A stretch of DNA of 59,342 bases, the filler included, from Bradymonadales bacterium (GTDB lineage: Bacteria; Bdellovibrionota; UBA2394), in NCBI GenBank assembly GCA_007693605.1. It is 6 parts of 6 records of this genome, joined end to end, with 100 filler letters (N's around TTAATTAATTAA, not from the genome) between each part and the next. Parts side by side here need not be neighbours in the genome. Positions count along the whole stretch, not along the records: positions 1 to 17,324 come from REDG01000025.1; 5 more parts are not named here. One strand, given 5' to 3'. The position numbers and the translations under genes are program-made. The notes under the pieces were generated by a model. That model worked only from the letters and a program-made list of their open reading frames with translations, was not told the DNA's origin and did not search any database. Each line of letters opens with the position of its first letter. The first letter of the stretch is position 1. Positions 1 to 7,683 of the stretch are shown here, piece by piece.

Positions 1-50
1 ACGGGAGGCGGTCGAGGCTGTGAGAAAGAAACTCAAGGTCTCAGAGCGAC

Positions 51-82
51 TGGCTCCCAGGGAGGGATTTGAACCCCCGACA
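51..82 (-). repeat. 32-nt copy of the tRNA-Asn 3' end (T-arm, acceptor strand, CCA)
   Basis: Identical to 10933-10964 of the intact tRNA-Asn. Confidence 0.9.
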
Positions 83-198
83 CATCCGAACGGTGAGCGA
101 GTACGCGAGCGAATGAGGACGCGAGCGGATAGCGAGTGTCTGAGAGTGAGGATGCCTATAGGACCGTCTACACCTGGCATGGTGTACGAAGCTTAAAA
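83..198. repeat. Structured tRNA-linked module homologous to the tRNA-Gly repeat units
   Basis: Shares GGTGAGCGAGT..CGAGCGAATGA, a GAGC..GCG loop and CCYATAGGAYCGTYTAC with the units at 16780-17176. Confidence 0.8.
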
Positions 199-240
199 CT
201 CCCAGGGAGGGATTTGAACCCCCGACAGGGTGGTTAACAG
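199..240 (-). repeat. att site: displaced 3' half of tRNA-Asn (42 bp direct repeat)
   Basis: Identical to 10936-10977; identity stops at the anticodon loop; next to the integrase. Confidence 0.95.
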
Positions 241-342
241 TCTCGTTCCTCTAAATGCACAAACTACTGCTAACTACGGTATGTTACGAAATCGACTGAG
301 GTTTTTCAGTTTAGACTTGCACCACCTACTACTTGGATGCTT

Positions 343-396
343 TGACTTTCGACATGTTGCAGTGACTTTACGGTGACTTTGCGACGATGTGATTTT
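343..396 (+). promoter_or_regulatory. Putative integrase arm-type binding sites
   Basis: GTGACTTT at 362 and 373 (11-bp period) with variants at 343 and 389; the same GGTGACT pair with 11-bp period recurs at 10870 and 10881. Confidence 0.55.
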
Positions 397-411
397 CGAG
401 GTGTTTTTGAG

Positions 412-1587
412 ATGGTGAAGAGATTAACGAAGTCGATCATTGATGCAGCTAAGTACACGGGTGATGGAAGGTCGCCATGTTTCATATGGGACACAGAGAT
501 CGAAAGCTTTGGGGTTCGGGTCTATCCCTCTGGCAAAAAGTCCTTCCTTGTTGACTACTATCACCAGGGTCGCAAGAGGCGTTACACGATAGGAAAGTAC
601 GGCCACATCACTTTGCATCAAGCAAGGGAGCTAGCGAGAGAAAAGCTCTTTTCAGTTCAAAAGGGAATTGATCCTCTTTTCGAGCGAGAACGAGATCGTG
701 GCGCCGAGACAGTTTCAGAATTTTGTCAGATCTACATTGAACGCCACGCAAAACAAAAGAAGAAGTCCTGGCGTAAAGACGAAAGCTATATTCGCAGGTT
801 TGTCCTGCCGAAGTGGGGAAGTCGGAAGCTTAACTCTATCACGGGCAGAGATGTCTCAAACCTGCACATTGAGATTGGTGAACGCTCGCCTATTGCGGCG
901 AATCGATTGCTGCAGCAACTCTCGAAAATGTTCAATTTGGCAAAGCGATGGCAGGTCGTAGACCAAGCATGGCCGAATCCTGCTTCGGGTATCGATAAAT
1001 ATCGCGAAGTAAAGCGAGACCGTTGGCTCGATGAGGGGGAGTTGTCTCGCTTGATGGTGTCTATTCAAGAGGAGCAGAGCCCTTATGTCAAAGCCGCCTT
1101 CATCTTGTACTTACTGACAGGTGTGCGAAAGTCCGAACTTTTGAATGCGCGATGGGATGATGTCAGCTTTAGACGGAAAGAGCTTTGTCTGAGAGAAACT
1201 AAGAATGGCAACTCGCACCATGTGCCGCTCTCTGGCCCAGCCATTGAGATTCTTAAGCAATTGCCACGGGACGCGGAAAACGCTTACATCCTTCCTGGAT
1301 TGAGAGCCGGTCGACCTCTCGTAAACCTTGATAAGGCCTGGTTTAGAGTCAGATCAAGAGCGGGATTGACGGACGTGCGGCTCCATGATTTGAGAAGAAC
1401 CATGGCGTCTTGGATGGTGCAGGGTGGTGCAAGCTTGCATTTAGTTGGATCGCTTCTGAACCATCGTAGTTTAAAGACGACAGAGGTGTACGCGAGGCTT
1501 TCTAACAAGTCGCTCCGGGATGTAGTTGATACCCATGCTGAAAGGATGCTGAAGATGACGAGCCTTCGCATCATTAACGGAGGTTGA
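412..1587 (+). CDS. int: Tyrosine integrase with N-terminal arm-binding domain (P4-like)
   Basis: WD..FGVRV.PSGKKSF arm domain; TGVRKSEL, ETKNG, HDLRRT, LLNH..TTEVY catalytic motifs; ATG 412 after GAGGTG. Confidence 0.95.
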   Translation: MVKRLTKSIIDAAKYTGDGRSPCFIWDTEIESFGVRVYPSGKKSFLVDYYHQGRKRRYTIGKYGHITLHQARELAREKLFSVQKGIDPLFERERDRGAETVSEFCQIYIERHAKQKKKSWRKDESYIRRFVLPKWGSRKLNSITGRDVSNLHIEIGERSPIAANRLLQQLSKMFNLAKRWQVVDQAWPNPASGIDKYREVKRDRWLDEGELSRLMVSIQEEQSPYVKAAFILYLLTGVRKSELLNARWDDVSFRRKELCLRETKNGNSHHVPLSGPAIEILKQLPRDAENAYILPGLRAGRPLVNLDKAWFRVRSRAGLTDVRLHDLRRTMASWMVQGGASLHLVGSLLNHRSLKTTEVYARLSNKSLRDVVDTHAERMLKMTSLRIINGG

Positions 1588-1592
1588 GACTT

Positions 1593-2378
1593 ATGGCAGA
1601 GCAAGGTTATTTTGATTTGCCCACTGATCCTGCAGAATGGAAGGCCAGGGATTTCAAACACTTTTCACAAGCAGACTTGGATCACCTCATAAGAATCCAT
1701 CCAAGTTCTAAAATTTTAAGGCAGATACGTAACACCTTTAAATCTGCGGTAGCTTCAATAAGGAAGGCTGAGCCTGAGAAGGTAATTCTTAAGTGGAATA
1801 TAGCACTCTGTGAGCAAAGGCTACAATCTTTGGGTTTGGACCCTAAGCTTTGGAGGCGCGCTATCAAGGGGGATAGGAAAGAGGGACTGACTGTGACGAT
1901 ACCGACGGAGCTAAAAGAGTTGCTCGGCCGACCTAGTGATAAACTTGAGTTCAACTCTTGGGGGGCCGTCAAGATTGCAGCGCTATCCCATTGCGTTCTG
2001 GAGGGGACACAGAGCCCAGCACTGTACCGGGAGTTGTTCCATTTGACCGAAGTTCTGCCAGAATTCGAGGGCTCACTCAGGGACGAGCTTTCGATGTATG
2101 AGCAGGGGCGGAGGGGCAGGGGCAAGAAGGGCAAGCGACATGCCTCTACAAAGTTTATTCAAGCGTTCAAGTCCAGAGGAATTGGTAAATCCTATGCCAG
2201 TTTTATCGCCTTCTGCCGCTGCGACAATAATGTTGCGAAGCTGGCGGAGCTGATCGGACATCGCGTGGTGTTTATGGAAGAGTTAGACGGCGCAGATGGT
2301 CTTGAATTTGAAATCGATGGGTGTCTCAAAAAAATGAAGCGAAAGACCATCGAGAACCTCCTTTCCAAAAAGTTGTAA
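1593..2378 (+). CDS. Hypothetical island protein
   Basis: Long ORF with GGAGG RBS between integrase and AlpA-like gene. Confidence 0.7.
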   Translation: MAEQGYFDLPTDPAEWKARDFKHFSQADLDHLIRIHPSSKILRQIRNTFKSAVASIRKAEPEKVILKWNIALCEQRLQSLGLDPKLWRRAIKGDRKEGLTVTIPTELKELLGRPSDKLEFNSWGAVKIAALSHCVLEGTQSPALYRELFHLTEVLPEFEGSLRDELSMYEQGRRGRGKKGKRHASTKFIQAFKSRGIGKSYASFIAFCRCDNNVAKLAELIGHRVVFMEELDGADGLEFEIDGCLKKMKRKTIENLLSKKL

Positions 2379-2461
2379 AAAGTTTCTCCCGAAATACCGG
2401 CTTTTAGAAAATTCTCGGATTAGAGTCCTGGGTGAACCGTCATATGACAGGAGGAACTCTA

Positions 2462-2680
2462 ATGAACTTACAGAAATGTGTCTTAACGGAGCGAGAAGCA
2501 GCTGAGTATGTAAGAATGTCTCGCTCATCACTAAGGCAATCAAGACGTGGCGGCAGCCAATGTCGAAAAATATCTTCACCCCCATACATCAAGATTGGGC
2601 GGTCAATCAGATACTTCAAGGCTGATTTGGATCAGTGGTTGCGGCGCCAGAGGGTAGCTCCCTTCGGAAGGGAGGAGTAA
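2462..2680 (+). CDS. AlpA/excisionase-like HTH protein
   Basis: LTEREAAEYVRMS...PPYIKIGRSIRY..ADLDQWL; GGAGGA RBS. Confidence 0.9.
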   Translation: MNLQKCVLTEREAAEYVRMSRSSLRQSRRGGSQCRKISSPPYIKIGRSIRYFKADLDQWLRRQRVAPFGREE

Positions 2681-2916
2681 TGACTCAGAACTCGGATTCA
2701 AGTGGAATTAGTCCGTTGCAACTGTGCAAAGAGAAGGAAGCGGCCAGTCTATTGGGCGTATCCGTAAGAACAATGCAGAGCTGGAGATGTAAGGGGAACG
2801 GTCCTAAGTTTATCAAGATTTCCAATCGGGCGGTTCGTTACCGTCAGGTTGACCTCGTTGACTGGGCCAGTTCAAAACTAGCCGCTTCTACCTCGGAAGG
2901 GGGGCGGCATGACTAG
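2680..2916 (+). CDS. Second AlpA/excisionase-like HTH protein
   Basis: EKEAASLLGVSVRTMQSWR..G.GPKFIKI..RAVRY; TAATG coupling to the upstream gene. Confidence 0.9.
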   Translation: MTQNSDSSGISPLQLCKEKEAASLLGVSVRTMQSWRCKGNGPKFIKISNRAVRYRQVDLVDWASSKLAASTSEGGRHD

Positions 2917-3748
2917 AAATTCTAAAGTTTTGTTTGCCACCAACGCTGGGGCTCTTATCAACGAGGGCTGGCCTGTTTTGCCATTGCATTTCCCTATGGA
3001 TGGGGGCTGTTCATGCCGCAGGTCAAGGTGTTCGAGTATCGGAAAACATCCAATTACTTCACAAGGCTTGCGTGATGCCTCATTAGACGAGCGGGTGATA
3101 CAGGTTTGGAGTGCGGCCTGCCCAGCTGCCAACATCGGTATTGCGGCAGGAGGGCAGTCTGGATTTTTCGTTCTCGACATTGATGAAAAGAGCGGGGGCT
3201 TTGATTCACTACGTGACCTTGAAAGGACCTGGGGGGAACTGCCAGACACAGTTCGTGTCCTTACGGGGGGTGGTGGAGTCCACTACTACTTCGCGTATCC
3301 AAAGAGTGGTTTTGTAAAAACCAGGGTCAGCCTGTGTCCTGGTATAGATGTGAGGTCCGACGGGAGTTATGTTGTGGCTCCTCCAAGCGTCCATGCGAGT
3401 GGGCGTACTTACGAGTGGGAGATCGATCATTCTCCAGATGACATTTATCTCCGGCCTGCACCGGACTGGCTTGTAAGCTTGATAAATGATCATCAGCACT
3501 CCACGTCTATGGCGAGGGATCTAGAGCTGATGAATGTTCTCGGCGAAGGTTCCAGAAACATGACTCTTACGAGGTTGGTTGGGCTCCTCCTCGGAAATGG
3601 GATTCCTAAAGGGCTGGTCTTAAGGCTTACAAAAGCTTTCAACGAAAAGTATGCACGCCCACCATTACCCAACTCTGAAATTGAACAAATCGTGATGAGT
3701 ATTGGCAGGCGAGAAGCTTCAAAGAATCAAAGGAGATTCCATGATTAG
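2909..3748 (+). CDS. Bifunctional DNA primase/polymerase with PriCT domain
   Basis: GWPVLPL, CSC..C..GKHP, ANIGIA, VLDID, TGGGGVHYYF, GIDVR..GSYVVAPPS.H, GEGSRN. Confidence 0.92.
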   Translation: MTRNSKVLFATNAGALINEGWPVLPLHFPMDGGCSCRRSRCSSIGKHPITSQGLRDASLDERVIQVWSAACPAANIGIAAGGQSGFFVLDIDEKSGGFDSLRDLERTWGELPDTVRVLTGGGGVHYYFAYPKSGFVKTRVSLCPGIDVRSDGSYVVAPPSVHASGRTYEWEIDHSPDDIYLRPAPDWLVSLINDHQHSTSMARDLELMNVLGEGSRNMTLTRLVGLLLGNGIPKGLVLRLTKAFNEKYARPPLPNSEIEQIVMSIGRREASKNQRRFHD

Positions 3749-5186
3749 CCAATTTATACCAAGTATTGTGGCGCCTGGCGAGGCTCATTGTGAATTTCCA
3801 ATGGAGGCTTTGGGTAGCAACTTAGCAAGTGTAGCAGGGGTTTTGTCAGACGTGATTCAAGCGCCAACTTCCATGTGTTGCCAGAGCGTATTGGCAGCCA
3901 CATCATTGGCTGTTCAAAATCACGGCGATGTTGAGGTTGATGGTAGGCGATGCCCAATATCAAATTTTTTCATTTCTATCGCTGAGAGTGGTGAGCGGAA
4001 GTCTGCAATCGATTCCGTTGTTCTTGCTCCTCATCGATTGTATGAAGTTGAGCTCTCAAAGAAATATGCACTCCAGCAAAGATCCTATCAGGATCGGCTC
4101 GCTTTATATGAGAGGAAGAGGGGCAGGCTTTTAAACAAGGCAGACCAGGAGGAGATTGACGAGCAGCTGGAAACTTTAATCGGGGCCCATCCAGAGGCCC
4201 CTTTGTTGCCCATTTTCTTGGTTCGTGATCTTACGGTCGAGGGGCTTTACAAGACGATGAAAGATGGTCATCCAGGCTTGGGATTCTTTACCGATGAGGG
4301 GGGAGCATTCGTCGGGGGCTATGGTATGGGGAAGGACCACGAATTAAAGACAATGGCATGTCTTAGCGATACCTGGGATGGGAAGCCAATTGCCAGGGTT
4401 CGGGCCGGTGAGGAGAGCTTGGTGCTGAGGGGGCGTCGAGTGTCTCTCCATATCATGCTTCAGCCCATAGCCTTCAAAAAGTTGCTTTCCAGCGGAATTG
4501 CATCCGGGCAAGGGTTTCTCTCTAGGGCGCTGTGTGTCTATCCACATTCTAGGAAAGGGAGGCGCCGATACGTGGAGACGGACATTTCAAAGGTTCCAAG
4601 CATTATTCGTTTCCAAACCAGAATTGGTGAGCTCTTAAGAATGCAGCCCTCATTGGCGCCGGGTTCAAGAAATGAGCTTAACCCACCAGTTCTGACTCTC
4701 ACGCCGAACGCAAAGAAATTATTCATCGAACAGAGTAATTTCATAGAGGAAAAGCTTGGCAAATCGGGGCCCTATGCATCCATCGACTCCTTCGCAAGTA
4801 AGGCCCCGGAACATGCATTGAGACTGGCAGCGACGATTTGTTTGTACGAAGACGCAGAGACATCACAGATCGATGAGGAGTGTATGACTCGCGGATTTGC
4901 TCTAATAGCATTCTATCTCAACCAATCTTTGAAAGTCGTTGGCGACGCTCATGCTGAGAGACTTAGCGATCTAGCTGTACAATTGGAAGAATGGCTTCTC
5001 CTGAAGGGACTAAAAGAAATTGATTCAAGATTTCTTCAACAATACGCTCCGAATGCTCTTAGAAAGGGTCAGGTTTTGAACATGGTGGTGAAATTGTTGG
5101 AAAGCCAGGGGGTCATGATCCCAATCGCAGGAGGCAAGGTAATCGATGGGGTTCATCGGAGGCAAGTTTGGGAAGTCAGATTGTAA
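3741..5186 (+). CDS. DUF3987/YfjI-family replicative helicase-like protein
   Basis: IAESGERKS P-loop, D.T.EGL, TDEGG, MLQP, GQGFLSR. Confidence 0.85.
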   Translation: MISQFIPSIVAPGEAHCEFPMEALGSNLASVAGVLSDVIQAPTSMCCQSVLAATSLAVQNHGDVEVDGRRCPISNFFISIAESGERKSAIDSVVLAPHRLYEVELSKKYALQQRSYQDRLALYERKRGRLLNKADQEEIDEQLETLIGAHPEAPLLPIFLVRDLTVEGLYKTMKDGHPGLGFFTDEGGAFVGGYGMGKDHELKTMACLSDTWDGKPIARVRAGEESLVLRGRRVSLHIMLQPIAFKKLLSSGIASGQGFLSRALCVYPHSRKGRRRYVETDISKVPSIIRFQTRIGELLRMQPSLAPGSRNELNPPVLTLTPNAKKLFIEQSNFIEEKLGKSGPYASIDSFASKAPEHALRLAATICLYEDAETSQIDEECMTRGFALIAFYLNQSLKVVGDAHAERLSDLAVQLEEWLLLKGLKEIDSRFLQQYAPNALRKGQVLNMVVKLLESQGVMIPIAGGKVIDGVHRRQVWEVRL

Positions 5187-5233
5187 TCCCTATGATCGCT
5201 ACACTTGCTAATCTGCTACAGCCTAGATTTGTC

Positions 5234-5300
5234 ACGGGTCCTTCCTGGCAATGACCGGATGCGGGTGGGGGTGAGTGCGAAGGTTCGTGGTGCGCGCTAA
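5234..5300 (+). other. Lambda-type cos-like region (cosQ GGGTCCT)
   Basis: ACGGGTCCTTCC about 100 bp upstream of a Nu1-like gene. Confidence 0.5.
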
Positions 5301-5343
5301 ATAAATTTGCCCCGTCACTTCGCGGATGGTTTAATCAAGTGAC

Positions 5344-5784
5344 ATGAAAAAATATATGGGGCTTAGAGAGTATGCTCGGCATAGAGGCTGTCATTTGAGC
5401 ACTGTCCAAGAGGCTATTCGATCTGGCCGGATAACAACGGCGTTGCACAAAGGTAAATCAATGCTCGACCCAGCGCTAGCAGACCGACAGTGGAGAAACA
5501 ACACAGATCCAATTGCATCCATGGTCGGTCGGGAAAATGCGCGACAAAGCCGAACTTTTGAAACCAGTACGGTAGGTATTGATGACCTCTATGAGAGTGC
5601 GGTCGGTTACATGGAAGAAATTGATTTGAATGTAATCTTGAGCCCAATATTTCGCCCCCAGGAAGGGCAGGAGAGATTCGTAGACGAGTTTATCTTGAAG
5701 GAGTTGGCCCTGAGTGATGAGTATTTGATTACCCACTCGGACCTCAAAAGCTTGATGGTTAAATTGTTGAAGAAGGCCCTATAG
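5344..5784 (+). CDS. Terminase small subunit (Nu1)-like or Rpp-like protein
   Basis: N-terminus MGLREYARHRG....VQEAIRSGRI...DPALADRQW resembles Nu1-type winged HTH. Confidence 0.65.
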   Translation: MKKYMGLREYARHRGCHLSTVQEAIRSGRITTALHKGKSMLDPALADRQWRNNTDPIASMVGRENARQSRTFETSTVGIDDLYESAVGYMEEIDLNVILSPIFRPQEGQERFVDEFILKELALSDEYLITHSDLKSLMVKLLKKAL

Positions 5785-5818
5785 CGGTCGGCAGTTTTGA
5801 TTTATTCGGATTTGATCG

Positions 5819-6475
5819 CTACACCATTCTTTTAAATATGCGCCTTGCTTTCTTCAGGCCTTCTTTTCGCCCGGGTTGCGGCCAATGATAGCTTGGATGG
5901 TATAGGTATGCTAACTGTTCCACACTGTGTTCATCCTTATTTTTGTCGAGGAATTCAAAAGCTTCTTTTCCCAGTGCGATGATGACTTTTGGCTCTATAA
6001 GTTGAATCTCACTCGATAGGAATCTTTCATAACATGTATGTTTGGTAATTGGATGCAGTTGCTTCGTTTTATCTTTCGTCGAGCATTTCACAAGGTTTGT
6101 AAAAGCCACTTTCCGTACGATTTCGGTGTCGGTTAGGTTAAGTATGGACCTCAAGTAGTTCATAAGACGAGTATGAAAGGTTAACCCTCGCGTGTTAGCG
6201 AGAAAATTTTTACGCAGGAGGGCCTCCTCATAAAACCTTGCACTGAGCTTGCTCATTGGCTCGTTTCTCGACGACCGATAAAACTCATGCTCCTCATCTA
6301 TAGGGTGCCCAGGATTTTTTCCGACAACCAGAACCTTGGCTTGTCCGGTTCGCGACCCGTTTAAAAAGCCCCGGGGTCGTTCCAATCTTGATTTGCGGGT
6401 TCCAGGGCATCGGGCGCATGGCAATCGGCAGCCCGAGACCGCACCGTACAACTTATCTAACTTAGCTCGTCGCAT
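5819..6475 (-). CDS. Uracil-DNA glycosylase superfamily protein (family 4/5-like)
   Basis: VLVVGKNPG, FTNLVKC, EIQLIEPKVIIALG, LYHPS; N-terminal Cys cluster; start uncertain (6475 or 6514). Confidence 0.8.
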   Translation of the reverse strand: MRRAKLDKLYGAVSGCRLPCARCPGTRKSRLERPRGFLNGSRTGQAKVLVVGKNPGHPIDEEHEFYRSSRNEPMSKLSARFYEEALLRKNFLANTRGLTFHTRLMNYLRSILNLTDTEIVRKVAFTNLVKCSTKDKTKQLHPITKHTCYERFLSSEIQLIEPKVIIALGKEAFEFLDKNKDEHSVEQLAYLYHPSYHWPQPGRKEGLKKARRIFKRMV

Positions 6476-6530
6476 AATCCAGTTTACGTACGTAAATTCA
6501 TGATTGTAAACCACCAGCTAACATCCTGAT

Positions 6531-6749
6531 ATGACTAGGGGTTCGGACGACCCACTGGCTGAGATGCGTCAGCAAGTGAAGGACTTAATATCGCAGCGCT
6601 ATCGCACAGTTGAGGAATTTTGCTGGGCAAATGATCTTAGTAAAGCGACAGTCTCTAACTTTCTTGCGGGAAGGAAGGACTTTCAGGTGAGTACACTTCA
6701 GAAAGTTGCCAATGGGCTGAAAAAGAAGCTTCACATCTCTCTGAGGTGA
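6531..6749 (+). CDS. XRE-family HTH regulator
   Basis: LSKATVSNFLAGRKDFQVSTLQKVANGL. Confidence 0.85.
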   Translation: MTRGSDDPLAEMRQQVKDLISQRYRTVEEFCWANDLSKATVSNFLAGRKDFQVSTLQKVANGLKKKLHISLR

Positions 6750-6949
6750 GTATTGTGGGTTCTTGCAATACAAGCTTCTGCATCATGGGAGGTTGATAGT
6801 AAGATGAGCTAATGGGGCCGGGACCCATAAACTTTCTTTGCAATTGATGCTCATGGAGCCCCGGCTAGTGTTTCGGGCAACCGTACGCTTGAGGTTGGTG
6901 CTCAGTGATTTGAAATTGAACGAGCAATATTACGAGAGGAGATAATGAG

Positions 6950-7255
6950 ATGTTGCCCATGAGATATGAAAAGATAATTAGACGCGTGTTCAACTGTGAT
7001 CGGCTCGGTGATCCGGCAAGAATTGCAAACACTGATACCTATTCGGACTCCGATTTAGACATGGTAAAGGCTGGTCTGGCCTACGCTAATGCTCATGCAA
7101 TTTGTCGAGCTTACAAGGCGGGCAGAGACAGTCTTGCTGGGAATCTGGAGAAATTATTTGAAACGATTTGGGGGGCTGAGACAACCGCTGATCTAGATTC
7201 AGTTGTTGAGAAAATCTATAGCAGTCAGGCTGAGATGTTGATTTCAGAGGACTGA
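6950..7255 (+). CDS. Hypothetical protein
   Basis: ORF preceded by GAGGAG. Confidence 0.6.
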   Translation: MLPMRYEKIIRRVFNCDRLGDPARIANTDTYSDSDLDMVKAGLAYANAHAICRAYKAGRDSLAGNLEKLFETIWGAETTADLDSVVEKIYSSQAEMLISED

Positions 7256-7299
7256 TCGAGCAGGGTGGCGGACCCGAACAAATGTTGATCTTTCGTGCC

Positions 7300-7569
7300 T
7301 CAACCAAATGGAACAACAGTGTCTATTTGGCCTGTCTTCTGAGCGCTGCGGCGCCGATTTTTGCTGAGAACAGCGAGGCATTCGGCTCTTCGCAAACCGT
7401 TTATCTCATCTTGTGATACTGTAAAGGAAACCGACACGCCAGCATCTAGGCGGGGATAGTCAGCCCTATTCATTACATCTTGCCAGGAAAAAAAGTATGG
7501 CCGACCGCACTGATCGGTTATCTCACCATATCCCTTGTCTCGGTTGTACCATTTCACTATCGCTACCAT
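7300..7569 (-). CDS. Cold-shock domain protein (divergent)
   Basis: VKWYN.DKGYG.I RNP1-like motif, YFFSW, L..G..VSF. Confidence 0.75.
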   Translation of the reverse strand: MVAIVKWYNRDKGYGEITDQCGRPYFFSWQDVMNRADYPRLDAGVSVSFTVSQDEINGLRRAECLAVLSKNRRRSAQKTGQIDTVVPFG

Positions 7570-7683
7570 AGTTTCATGGTAACTCAATGGTTGCAGCGAT
7601 GCTCAGCATCAAGATCATTTAGCATTTGCCTTCGACGCTCCGCTCTCCCTTATCCTGAAGGCAGGCTTTCGCCACGGAGTTTT

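Noticed and set aside
7480..7683. N-terminal extension of the RM ORF
   Set aside because: Overlaps the divergent cold-shock gene and looks non-coding; a start at 7684 or later is more plausible.
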